Source: a virus
Taxonomy: Duplodnaviria > Caudoviricetes
Virus record (IMG/VR): IMGVR_UViG_3300037455_000173
Coordinates: 102,593 to 166,592 of that record
Strand: one strand, 5' to 3'
Length of the DNA: 64,000 bases
Position numbers and translations under genes: made by a program. Within the stretch, counting starts at the first letter, position 1; each line of letters opens with the position of its first letter. Below are positions 49,838-59,144 of this stretch, one piece after another. Below the pieces are notes generated by a model. It was not told the DNA's origin and did no database searches. It saw nothing but the letters and a program-made list of their open reading frames with translations.

Positions 49838-50604
49838 TTACAAGCCACCTCTTTCCACAATTCTGCATAGAAGTATGCGATAATATACCTATCCAACTCA
49901 GACAAATTCTGTGATAGAATAGAAAAGCTTTCTGTATTCGAATAAAATCCCTTAGCCAATAGAAAGAAGTAATATACATCTACATCTTGTTCTTTCATAT
50001 ACTTACCTAGCATGTTAACTCGATTAAGAGTTAGCGCTAATGAGGACTTGATAGCAGCACCTATTTCAGTCATCTGCTGTATCATATCAGGTAACGCTTG
50101 ATACCCTTGCCAACCAATCAGATGTTCTAATTGACCAGGTGTCTCAACAGCTTTACTAATAATATTGATATACTGCTGAACTTGTGCTCTTTCTGAATCT
50201 ACACAGATACTCATAATCTGTTCTGGTGTATATCTATCCAATGTATAAGTAACACACCTTGACTTGATTGTAGGAAGAATTGTATTACTCGCTGTTAGAC
50301 AAAACCTTGCTTTCATTGGTGGTTCTTCAAGTACCTTCAATAATAAATTCTGAATAGCAGGACGTAACTGGTCTATATCAGGTATAAGATACATTATCGG
50401 ATTTGTCTGTGTACGAATAAAATCAAGTGTCTCTCTGAAATCATTTACCGTTCCTGAAACTTCATACACATATAAACCCATCTCACTATATATCTTTCTA
50501 ATAATAGTTTTCTTACCAGCATGAGGTGGTCCTTCCACTAGAATAGCTCTAGCGTTTGATTCTCTAAGACTTTTAACTAACTTCTCCTGACCAATAATAT
50601 CCAT
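49834..50604 (-). CDS. Clamp-loader delta' (HolB)-like subunit
   Basis: 'IIGQE', 'GP...GKK', 'NLLLKVLEEPP' and 'ILPTIKSRC' motifs. Confidence 0.8.
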   Translation of the reverse strand: MDIIGQEKLVKSLRESNARAILVEGPPHAGKKTIIRKIYSEMGLYVYEVSGTVNDFRETLDFIRTQTNPIMYLIPDIDQLRPAIQNLLLKVLEEPPMKARFCLTASNTILPTIKSRCVTYTLDRYTPEQIMSICVDSERAQVQQYINIISKAVETPGQLEHLIGWQGYQALPDMIQQMTEIGAAIKSSLALTLNRVNMLGKYMKEQDVDVYYFFLLAKGFYSNTESFSILSQNLSELDRYIIAYFYAELWKEVACK

Positions 50605-51605
50605 TAGAAGTCACCTGCCATTTTTAGAAAGTTTACCTTTACCATGGTGTATGTGTCTGACTCCATAATTATTCTTTGTACCAAATCATCTAATGAACAT
50701 AGTGTCTGGAACAACCTACCATCTTTCGGGAGTGTTAATAACTCTTGACATACTTCTGTAGGCAAAGCAACATTATCAGGTGCTACACCTAATTGTAACT
50801 CAACCGTTTGCAGAACGAAACGTCTAAAGTCTTGTACCCACGCTTTAAAGTCAACACCAGACTTATTACTGTTGTCTAATATCTCTATTAGCTTTGTAAA
50901 GTCATGTGCATAGAACGCCTTCAGTACACCAATAGATACATCAAAACCGACAAGTCCTAAAGCTGTATTAATAATCTCGAAATTAATATCAACACCATAA
51001 CCTAGCACTTTATCCATCATTGTAATAGCATCACGCATACCACCATTGGCAAGCTGAGCTATATAACGTAACGGTTCTCTAGGAACACCTGTTATCTGTT
51101 CTTGTTCTAGTATCCAAAGGAGTCTATCAGTAACTCCGTCTACATCTATTCGAGTGAAGTCCAATCTCAAACATCTTGAAGTAATCGTGTTTGGAATTTT
51201 TCTAGGGTCTGTTGTACAGAACAATAATATAACTGACTCTGGTGGCTCTTCTACTAATTTAAGCAGAGCATTCCAAGCCTGTACCGTTAGCATATGACAC
51301 TCATCTAATATGAATATCTTATACTTTGTACCTATTGGCTTATGTCTTGCATCTGATATTATCTTACGTACACCATCAACACCTGTATTATCAGCAGCAT
51401 TGATTTCATAGATATTTGATTGACCATTTAATTCATGTGCAAATATACGAGCACAGGTTGTCTTACCGGTTCCTGCCCCGCCTGAAAATATATATGAAGC
51501 TTTTGGCTTATTTGCTAGATGTGTTCTAAGAACTTTCTTAGCGCCTTCTTGACCGACGACATCATCTAATTTAGTCGGTCTATATATAGCAGCTAGATTA
51601 CGCAT
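50604..51605 (-). CDS. dnaX: Clamp-loader gamma/tau ATPase subunit
   Basis: 'YRP...DDVVGQ', 'GTGKTT.AR', 'DECHML', 'NALLK..EEPP', 'SRC' and 'GGMRDA' motifs. Lacks the usual 4-Cys Zn module. Confidence 0.9.
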   Translation of the reverse strand: MRNLAAIYRPTKLDDVVGQEGAKKVLRTHLANKPKASYIFSGGAGTGKTTCARIFAHELNGQSNIYEINAADNTGVDGVRKIISDARHKPIGTKYKIFILDECHMLTVQAWNALLKLVEEPPESVILLFCTTDPRKIPNTITSRCLRLDFTRIDVDGVTDRLLWILEQEQITGVPREPLRYIAQLANGGMRDAITMMDKVLGYGVDINFEIINTALGLVGFDVSIGVLKAFYAHDFTKLIEILDNSNKSGVDFKAWVQDFRRFVLQTVELQLGVAPDNVALPTEVCQELLTLPKDGRLFQTLCSLDDLVQRIIMESDTYTMVKVNFLKMAGDF

Positions 51606-51650
51606 AATCTACCTCCTCTGTTTTATAAATTAAAAGCACAGGCGAACATA

Positions 51651-52127
51651 TCAGTCCACCTGTGCTAACTTTTCCTCGACAACGTCAAGTAATGTTTCTA
51701 GATACCAGTTCGTACGCTTTTGATACAGATTAAGTTCTATACCTACTCTCTCTAGGTCGGCTACCGTAACAGATTTCTTACCCGCGGCGTAGTACAAATC
51801 TAATTGTAACGGAGATACCCAGAATGCTCTGTTCTCGCATAGCATCCAGATAACATATCCAGCCCTTACTCCTGGAAATTTATCTTTCTTTAACATCTCG
51901 AACCATTGGTACTCATCTATATTCTGAAGCATATTAAATGTGCTAGACGCACACTCTTTACATTCTATGTAATAGATATGTGGATAGATGTATGCGTCGT
52001 AATCACAAACATTCTTAGAACCTTTTAGATGTGAAACTTGGTCATGAATACGGTCATAACAGATGTGATTACTTTCTAACCACTCTTCGACGATTCCTTC
52101 CCATTCCTTACCACGGTTCTCAGCCAT
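51651..52127 (-). CDS. RecU-like Holliday junction resolvase
   Basis: 'NRGKEWE', 'CDY' and 'IECKE' motifs. Start overlaps the clamp stop. Confidence 0.75.
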   Translation of the reverse strand: MAENRGKEWEGIVEEWLESNHICYDRIHDQVSHLKGSKNVCDYDAYIYPHIYYIECKECASSTFNMLQNIDEYQWFEMLKKDKFPGVRAGYVIWMLCENRAFWVSPLQLDLYYAAGKKSVTVADLERVGIELNLYQKRTNWYLETLLDVVEEKLAQVD

Positions 52128-53176
52128 TATACAATAAGACCAATTGAAGTAGTAACAGGACCTACACAAGCAAGCTGACTCTCATAAACGTCCAGCTGAA
52201 CCATACCGTCATATGCTGCAAAACGAGCATTAGCACTCATACAGTCTACCTCAACAGACCAAGGTCCATTACCTGCGATAGACTTACAAGGTACCTTCTG
52301 AATACTATCAGCACACTTAAGAATAAGTTCTTCAGGTGCCTCCTGGCATACAGTAACGCTGTAATCATTTGCTGCATCAGCTACGATAGCAAGGAACTGC
52401 ATTGAATTCAAGAACGAACTCATGTCAACCTGTACCGAATGTAGCACCTCATTTGCGAACTCAGCTTTGAGTCCCTCAAGTGGGAACTGAGGAATGAAGT
52501 CCTGGAACACCTTTGAGAATCTTGCTGATGAACCAGACTCTTCTGATACAAACCAGAAATACTCTGGACCTGCATCATAAATCTGAACATCAGAATGCTT
52601 AGAGCAGTAGCTTACCATTCTTGCTGAGAGAAGAATTGGTGTATTGACAAGTGAATCACCCTTGCTGATGTTTACTTCATCTGTAGCATAAGAGCACTCT
52701 CCGTCTGTATATACACAACGCTCTGCAATTGAATCCATTGTCTTAGATAATGTACCAGTGAGCATTTTAAGCTGATTAAGATGGTCAACCTTAAGTTGCT
52801 CACCAGACTTTGTACAAAACTCATGTGCAGCTCTATTTCCAGCATCGTCTACGAGAATAGGAAGTTTCAGAGTACCTTTTGCATTCTTAACAAGAAGAGT
52901 ATCTTCTGTAGCTGTAAGCTCGACGTCAGACTCACAGAATGAGACTGCCTTAGTGAACTTTGCTCCATCTACTGAAACTGTTGGAAATGCTTCTGTTGTA
53001 GAGCCTACCTTAGCTCCGTACCATACCTCACCGTCATCTGGCTCTGTAATAAGATACAGGTTACCATCTGCAACGTGAAGTGTAATTGTGGTTGCTAAGA
53101 TAACGTATGAATTGGGTGTTAAACCTTCTGCTACAGCCGCGAGTGCTGTATTCAGGTTTTCTTTCTTACAAATCAT
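52127..53176 (-). CDS. Sliding clamp (DnaN/beta-like)
   Basis: 349-aa acidic three-domain size, 'YATDE' motif, and position between SSB and the clamp-loader genes. Confidence 0.6.
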   Translation of the reverse strand: MICKKENLNTALAAVAEGLTPNSYVILATTITLHVADGNLYLITEPDDGEVWYGAKVGSTTEAFPTVSVDGAKFTKAVSFCESDVELTATEDTLLVKNAKGTLKLPILVDDAGNRAAHEFCTKSGEQLKVDHLNQLKMLTGTLSKTMDSIAERCVYTDGECSYATDEVNISKGDSLVNTPILLSARMVSYCSKHSDVQIYDAGPEYFWFVSEESGSSARFSKVFQDFIPQFPLEGLKAEFANEVLHSVQVDMSSFLNSMQFLAIVADAANDYSVTVCQEAPEELILKCADSIQKVPCKSIAGNGPWSVEVDCMSANARFAAYDGMVQLDVYESQLACVGPVTTSIGLIV

Positions 53177-53197
53177 TATTTTTACCTCTCAATCGTT

Positions 53198-54046
53198 TTA
53201 GTTCTGAGGATTCTGAGACCAAGCTCCCTGTGGAGCTGAGCCCCAACCCTGCTGCTGAGGCTGTGCCTGAGCTGTCTGTCCCCAACCCTGCTGTGGTGCA
53301 GCATTCTGCTGAGGCTGTGGAGCTGGAGCATTCTGCTGTGGAGCTGAACCCCAACCCTGCTGTGGTGCAGGCGGTGCGCCCCAACCCTGCTGAGGAGCCT
53401 GTCCCCAACCCTGCTGAGGAGCCTGGTTCTGTGCCCAAGCATTCTGCTGAGGAGCCTGTCCCTGCTGTGCTTCAACCTGAACCTGCTCTTCCTGAGCTGC
53501 TACAGAACGTGCCTTAATCTCTGCATACTTGTCTGCAGGACGAACATAGTTAGTACAAACCTCATCACACTGAGCTACAAGCTCCTTATACTGCTCTTCG
53601 GTTATTCCACTATCGCCTATAGGCATTACTGAATACTTTGTATTAAGACCAGTTCCGTTACGAGTAATTTCAACCTTCTGCTTGTAGAGAGGATTATGAT
53701 AATGAATAAGACCAGCTAAATCCTTACGGTATGATGCTGGCTTGTCCCAAATCATAACTTTACCTGTAGCTACGTCGAGCATACGAACAAATACTCTTGT
53801 TGACAGTGCTTCACCTGCCTGACACGCAGGACACATATCAACAGGGTCCTTTGGGCCTCTAGGGCAATCTACTGTATAGGTGTAGTAGTTTGCACCAGGA
53901 AGTCTGTGTACTGCCCAACCATCAACGCTTGCTTCATCAGTGTAAAGAAAGACTACTTGCTTTCTTCCGCCGTCTTGTTCGATACGAAAAGTTTCGGCGC
54001 CTTGATATTCCATTGATTTTGATTCTTCCGCTGTATAGCGTGCCAT
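53198..54046 (-). CDS. Single-stranded DNA-binding protein (gp32-like) with Q/P/G/W repeat tail
   Basis: H...C...CPAC Zn motif, 'ITRNG.GL.T.Y', and C-terminal APQQGWG repeats. Confidence 0.75.
   Translation of the reverse strand: MARYTAEESKSMEYQGAETFRIEQDGGRKQVVFLYTDEASVDGWAVHRLPGANYYTYTVDCPRGPKDPVDMCPACQAGEALSTRVFVRMLDVATGKVMIWDKPASYRKDLAGLIHYHNPLYKQKVEITRNGTGLNTKYSVMPIGDSGITEEQYKELVAQCDEVCTNYVRPADKYAEIKARSVAAQEEQVQVEAQQGQAPQQNAWAQNQAPQQGWGQAPQQGWGAPPAPQQGWGSAPQQNAPAPQPQQNAAPQQGWGQTAQAQPQQQGWGSAPQGAWSQNPQN
53213..53470 (-). repeat. Coding repeats CAGCAGGGTTGGGG (QQGWG) and CAGCAGAATGC (QQNA)
   Basis: Five QQGWG units and three QQNA units. Confidence 0.9.
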
Positions 54047-54178
54047 AAAAATTCCTTCTTTCTGTTTTTTAATTTTTGGTACTTGGTGTTTTGTTTTCTT
54101 TTATTTTTCATTCAATCAAGCAAGACTAATGTAAGCATCATCCAAGCCGCGGTTGTCTGATGTAAACATTACATTCTT

Positions 54179-54209
54179 ATTGTAACACAAAACTTCGTTT
54201 AATACGAAG
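54179..54209 (-). promoter_or_regulatory. Phage promoter motif CTTCG-N20-TACAAT (SSB/clamp operon)
   Basis: CTTCGTATTAAACGAAGTTTTGTGTTACAAT on the minus strand. Confidence 0.65.
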
Positions 54210-54227
54210 ATGTGTGTTTACCTAACC

Positions 54228-55235
54228 TTATAGACCTATACGACGTGCTGCTTTTGGCAGTCCGACAAAATCAGTGGTCTCTAGATAACGAATCATACTA
54301 GATGCATTAAACATCTGACGCATTGCAATACTGTTGGTTATATCCTCAGTACCGTCATCTAGAATTTCATCTGTGTCTCTTGTTGGGTCTATCTTTTTGA
54401 GTTTTTCTGTCGAGAAGCCTGCGTCTTCAATTAATCTGCATACTTCCTTCTTTGCTTCTTCACCTAACCAACAGAAATGGTCAGCTGCACCTGTAGTTCT
54501 CTCACCTACGTTCATTGCTGCTAACTTATTATGTCTATGTACAAGAATTGTACCATAGATTGCTCCCTTTAGCCATGTAGTAGAGTCAACAGAGGTAAAA
54601 TCAATATACTGAAGAATATTCAGAGCTGTCATACCAAATCCGTGTGTCTTAACATTAGGATTAGATGATTTCTTAATACGCCTGAATACTTCTTTACAGA
54701 ATATAAGACGCTTATCAGTGGTTGTTTCTGTATGTGGTGAAATTCCAATATATTGTAATGAATTTCCATCTGCATCTCTGTACTCCAGCATATTCTCAAG
54801 CCACTTGAAATCTTCTCCTTCATGGAAAACAGGAATAAACCTATCCCATAAGCTCTTATCAATTCGGTCTCTCATATGCAAGAAGTTCTCCCAGGATATT
54901 CTAGGAGCATCAAGATAAACCTGTTTATCCTGAACAACATTTGATTTACCTGGAATGTAATCCACCTGTACCATTACATCGAAATACTTACCGTTTTCAT
55001 TCAGATAAGCAATATAATCGTCCAGGTCGATTTCCTTCCCCTTTGTGTACGCTGAGAACGCACCTGAGTCAACGAACAGTTTCATACCAGGATGCTCATC
55101 TTTATAACTCATCCAACGCTTTAAACGTGAACGGTCATTCAACTGCGAGAACAGTCTGTTGTATCCTTCTTTAACCAAATACTCATCAACTGCCTGCGGT
55201 GCACTACCTGCAAAATATAACTGCGTGTTTAGCAA
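54228..55235 (-). CDS. dpdA: DNA 7-deazaguanine transglycosylase (TGT-fold, DpdA-like)
   Basis: 'LYFAG', 'LFVDSGAFS', 'IPVFHEGE', 'HGFG' and 'SVDSTTW' motifs of phage DpdA-type proteins. Lacks the tRNA-TGT Zn site. que genes are in the same genome. Confidence 0.85.
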   Translation of the reverse strand: MLNTQLYFAGSAPQAVDEYLVKEGYNRLFSQLNDRSRLKRWMSYKDEHPGMKLFVDSGAFSAYTKGKEIDLDDYIAYLNENGKYFDVMVQVDYIPGKSNVVQDKQVYLDAPRISWENFLHMRDRIDKSLWDRFIPVFHEGEDFKWLENMLEYRDADGNSLQYIGISPHTETTTDKRLIFCKEVFRRIKKSSNPNVKTHGFGMTALNILQYIDFTSVDSTTWLKGAIYGTILVHRHNKLAAMNVGERTTGAADHFCWLGEEAKKEVCRLIEDAGFSTEKLKKIDPTRDTDEILDDGTEDITNSIAMRQMFNASSMIRYLETTDFVGLPKAARRIGL

Positions 55236-56803
55236 GTGACAACCCCTCTTTCCATAGAATTTATATATCCTTCAGCTTTCTTCTGCATTCTCTCAAAGAA
55301 TCCTGAAGACAAGCGTAGATATTTTGTACGAGCTTTCTTTCGTGCTTCTAGATAAGCAGTAGCTCTATCCCAGCACTTGTATATAACATTAAACAGATAC
55401 GAGAATAGTCTGTTGTAACGCTTAATTGATTTTTCTTGATATTCCCATTCTTGGTCATCTTTTAGCCGCTTACGACGTTCTTCTGGTGTTAAATCTAACC
55501 AACTATCAGGTATATACTTACCTCTAAGAGGACCTACATACTTTACCTCACCGGTATAGATATGTAATGCAAATCTACAATTATCATAATTAAATGAGGT
55601 AATGCATTTATCAGCAGGTCTAAAACCAAGCCTAACCATGTCTTGATACCTAGCCTTAATGTAATTAACTGCATCTACAAATGAAATCTTGCTTGGTGTT
55701 ATGTCTTTGCTCATATTCGCAAGGAAAGGTACATGCTGCAATATGGTGCGCTTGTACCTATCTTCTTCTTCGAATAGTTGCTCTGGTGTACCAGAACTAA
55801 AGCTAAGAGCCGCATAATGACCGCTAATCTTTCCGATAAGAACATCATGAACTAGGTTAAAGAACTCAAATTTTCTTTTATCATTCATAGCCTTAGGTGC
55901 GAACACAGGTTCCAACCAATTCATTAATGAATTCCATCTGAAACTATTGAGCTCTCTTTCTATACCAGATAACTCAGTTATAACCTCATTCTCTACTTTT
56001 TCAGTTCTTTTCTTCATATCGTCAAATGCAGGTATGTTACAATCTTTAGTAAACATCATTACATGATTTTCTACCGAAGCTGTGAAATGATGTAATAAGC
56101 ATGAATTAACTTCTCTGCGATATATCTCCTCGATGTCAGCTGTCTCGTCCCAAGGTGTATGCTCATTTTTCTTATTTCTGTCAAGTCTTTTTTGTTTATC
56201 ATACTTAGCATCATATGTCCAAGCTTTCTTATTAAGCTTTAACTTTGGCATTAGATAACTATTAACACCACGTTGATGCATATCTCCAAGACATTCAAGA
56301 ACTGCAGCCCAGCTATATCTAGCAACATCGGTTAATGTGCATTGACCCTGGGCATACGCTACACGAGCTTCCCATGTGGATATGAAACGCTTTTTCTTAT
56401 TAATACAATTGCCTGCTTCATCATACCAATCATGATTTTTATTGACATACAGTCTACCATCATACTCAGCTATCTTAGGTACCTGATTTGCAGAATAGAT
56501 ACTAAAGTTCTTTTTAGCATACTCTATTGTAACTAAACCCTTCTTGAGTAATCTATCCTGAGCTTCTTTAGATAATTCATGCGCATCTAACTGCTTGTCT
56601 TGAAACAACATCATTTCTACAAGCACTGGTGGATGCGCAATGATATCGCGAACTGTTCGCTCTATATTAAAATCATCAAAGATGCTCTTAACTTTACAAT
56701 TTTTATAATGTAAGACTCTACGATTTTTATATAATCTACCAAGATACCAACCTTCTGGTAGTTCAGTTTCGAAAGTATATTTCGGTGATACATAGTCAGA
56801 CAT
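55229..56803 (-). CDS. Hypothetical basic protein overlapping the dpdA start
   Basis: 524-aa ORF with an RBS and promoter motif. No recognised domain. Confidence 0.6.
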   Translation of the reverse strand: MSDYVSPKYTFETELPEGWYLGRLYKNRRVLHYKNCKVKSIFDDFNIERTVRDIIAHPPVLVEMMLFQDKQLDAHELSKEAQDRLLKKGLVTIEYAKKNFSIYSANQVPKIAEYDGRLYVNKNHDWYDEAGNCINKKKRFISTWEARVAYAQGQCTLTDVARYSWAAVLECLGDMHQRGVNSYLMPKLKLNKKAWTYDAKYDKQKRLDRNKKNEHTPWDETADIEEIYRREVNSCLLHHFTASVENHVMMFTKDCNIPAFDDMKKRTEKVENEVITELSGIERELNSFRWNSLMNWLEPVFAPKAMNDKRKFEFFNLVHDVLIGKISGHYAALSFSSGTPEQLFEEEDRYKRTILQHVPFLANMSKDITPSKISFVDAVNYIKARYQDMVRLGFRPADKCITSFNYDNCRFALHIYTGEVKYVGPLRGKYIPDSWLDLTPEERRKRLKDDQEWEYQEKSIKRYNRLFSYLFNVIYKCWDRATAYLEARKKARTKYLRLSSGFFERMQKKAEGYINSMERGVVTC

Positions 56804-56856
56804 GTGCTTAACTCCTTTCCACGATTAATTTCTGAACCTGTAAGACTCACATTAAT

Positions 56857-56887
56857 ATTATAACACACGGTAAGATTTTACACGAAG
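56857..56887 (-). promoter_or_regulatory. Phage promoter motif CTTCG-N20-TATAAT (dpdA operon)
   Basis: CTTCGTGTAAAATCTTACCGTGTGTTATAAT on the minus strand. Confidence 0.7.
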
Positions 56888-57033
56888 ATATAATCACATA
56901 TACAAGTACATTCTCATGATAACATTTTATGGTTGTTAATGTCGAATTTTACAACAGAAATCAAATGCTCATTATTAGTGATTTTCTTGGTACTCTAAAA
57001 CCTAGATTTTTAAACTAAGATAAGTTCTATAAA

Positions 57034-57348
57034 ACTTTAGCAGACTAAAGTCGCCCCTCTTTGGTGAATATTCACAGGCGCTGACGCGCCTGACTTTAAA
57101 ACTTCCTATTTTAGATTTTAAATTCTTTTTAATGCTTTTTAATTTCTGATTTTGGTTTCAGCGGTTTACCGCGATTTACCTTGTTTTGTTTGGTTTTGCT
57201 AGGTTTGGCGGCTGCCAAGTTTCTTTGCTGATAAGCAAAGAGACTTTATAGCGAGTGCTTGATTTATCAAGCATTTAGCGATGTTCATCCAGCTTGCTGG
57301 TGTTGTGGAGAGAATTAGATGGGAGCGTATGCGAACATATAATTATAT
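57034..57348. repeat. Cluster of about 9 short inverted repeats at the strand switch (origin candidate)
   Basis: Examples: ACTTTAG-CAGA-CTAAAGT, CAGGCGC-TGAC-GCGCCTG, TCTTTGCT-GATA-AGCAAAGA, TGCTTGAT-TT-ATCAAGCA. Confidence 0.75.
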
Positions 57349-57441
57349 TGTGAGGTAACAGTAGTTTTAGATTACAAAATAATAAACAAAAATCAACAGA
57401 AAATCTTAGTAGAAATGTATAGGTCGTAAAAATTTGTTAAT

Positions 57442-57472
57442 ATTCGAAAACAATGTGTGCGTGTGTTATAAT
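57442..57472 (+). promoter_or_regulatory. Phage promoter motif TTCG-N20-TATAAT (SNF2 gene)
   Basis: ATTCGAAAACAATGTGTGCGTGTGTTATAAT. Confidence 0.7.
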
Positions 57473-57515
57473 GTAAATGTACAATAAACAACATATCCAA
57501 TTAAGGAGGTTATCA

Positions 57516-59144
57516 ATGTATTACACCTACGAAGGAGAACCGGTTGAGGTAATTTCTCAGACAACTATGGAATATGAGTTATATCGATACAAAGGAAGAC
57601 CGAAACACGCCTATGTTCCTCGTTTCAAAGAAGGTCAGGAAATACCATTAATACCTGTAATGGAAGATAAAATAGAACCAGACGCAGACAAATTAGATTT
57701 TACATTTTGGAAAACAAATCCGTACGAGCACCAGAAGGAATTTTTAAAGTATTCTCAATCGCACGCTCAAATGCTGTTACTAGATGAGCCTGGTCTTGGA
57801 AAAACCAAACAGTCGTTGGATTTGATTGCCAATAGAATAAAGGCTGGACAAATTCAAAAAGCTCTAATTATTGTTGGTGTATCGAGTTTACAATACAACT
57901 GGCTAAATGAGGTTAAGAAACATACAAATTTGTCTGGGTACATTCTTGGTACACGAGCTGTTGGTAAATCTGGGCTACAGACTAAAATAGGTTCTGGTCG
58001 AGATAAAGTTGATGATGTTAATCGTCTAAAGAAGATGAACGCTCAAGTCGTTATAACCAACATAGAATCACTACGCAACGATGCGATAATCACAGGTTTA
58101 ATGTCACAAATAAATGATAAGGTATTAGGCATGGTCGTGGTAGATGAGGTGCACAAATGTAAAAATCCAAAGGCAAAACAAACCAAAGGGTTATTATCAT
58201 TGAACACACATTATAAGCTAGGTTTAACTGGTACACCGATTGTCAATTCACCTGTGGATTTGTTCGCAATGATGCTTTGGTTAGGCCGTACTGTACCACC
58301 TAAAACATATTTTGAAGCTAAATATTGTATCAAGGGTGGTTTCCAGAATAAACAGATTACTGGTTTCAAGAATACAGATGACCTAAGTAGAGATTTGAAT
58401 TGTTGGTCATTACGTAGAACTAAAGACGAATGTCTGGATTTGCCTGAGAAAACAGTGCAAACAATCCATTTTGATATGTTACCAGAGCAGGCTAGACTGT
58501 ATAAAGAGATACAGAAAGACCTACGTGAGCGTTCTGCTGAAATTATGGCTTCAGCAAGTCCAATGGGACAACTCGTTGGTCTAAAGAAAGCAACCGGCTG
58601 CCCACCAAGGGTTATGGAAACATTTCCACCAGAGGCTTGTGCAAAATTAGAAGCCTTGTTAGATATTGTAGAAGAAGTGATTGCAGCTGGTCAGAAAATA
58701 GTAATATTCTGTTATCATGTATTCACACTTGAATACTTGAACTGGGTGTTGAGAAAGCATAAATATAATCCAGCCTTAGTATACGGTGCGATTGATACAC
58801 AGGTTAGAGAAGCGAACGTACAAGCTTTTCAAAATATACCAGAGTGCAACATTATCTTAGGTAACTACCAGACACTAGGTACTGGTTTCAATCTAACTGC
58901 AAGTTCTACTATCGTAGAGTATGAACTACCGTGGACTTCTGCTGATGAGATACAAGCTCAAGATAGATGTCATCGTATAGGTCAGCACCACCCGGTTAAT
59001 ATAATAAGATTAGTTACAAATCATTCTTATGATATAATCAATGAGGAGATTGTAGATAATAAGGAGATGCTTGCTGATAGTATTATTAATGCTGATTTGA
59101 ATTATCAGCAACAGCTTGCAAATAGAATCCTTAACATGATTTAA
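57516..59144 (+). CDS. SNF2-family helicase
   Basis: 'DEPGLGKT', 'DEVH', 'LTGTPI.N', 'G.G.NL' and 'QAQDRCHRIGQ' motifs. Start moved to the RBS-supported ATG. Confidence 0.92.
   Translation: MYYTYEGEPVEVISQTTMEYELYRYKGRPKHAYVPRFKEGQEIPLIPVMEDKIEPDADKLDFTFWKTNPYEHQKEFLKYSQSHAQMLLLDEPGLGKTKQSLDLIANRIKAGQIQKALIIVGVSSLQYNWLNEVKKHTNLSGYILGTRAVGKSGLQTKIGSGRDKVDDVNRLKKMNAQVVITNIESLRNDAIITGLMSQINDKVLGMVVVDEVHKCKNPKAKQTKGLLSLNTHYKLGLTGTPIVNSPVDLFAMMLWLGRTVPPKTYFEAKYCIKGGFQNKQITGFKNTDDLSRDLNCWSLRRTKDECLDLPEKTVQTIHFDMLPEQARLYKEIQKDLRERSAEIMASASPMGQLVGLKKATGCPPRVMETFPPEACAKLEALLDIVEEVIAAGQKIVIFCYHVFTLEYLNWVLRKHKYNPALVYGAIDTQVREANVQAFQNIPECNIILGNYQTLGTGFNLTASSTIVEYELPWTSADEIQAQDRCHRIGQHHPVNIIRLVTNHSYDIINEEIVDNKEMLADSIINADLNYQQQLANRILNMI

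Noticed and set aside
53107-53517. Alternative-frame and antisense ORFs over the SSB tail
   Set aside because: They are by-products of the CAG-rich repeat and have no RBS.
54228-55235. Canonical tRNA-guanine transglycosylase (tgt)
   Set aside because: It lacks the CxCxxC...H Zn site and the TPxFMPVGT start of bacterial TGT. Its motifs fit phage DpdA-type proteins.
56804-57476. DGR template repeat or tRNA genes in the large intergenic region
   Set aside because: No similarity to the VR at 34798-34935, and no cloverleaf or T-loop consensus seen.
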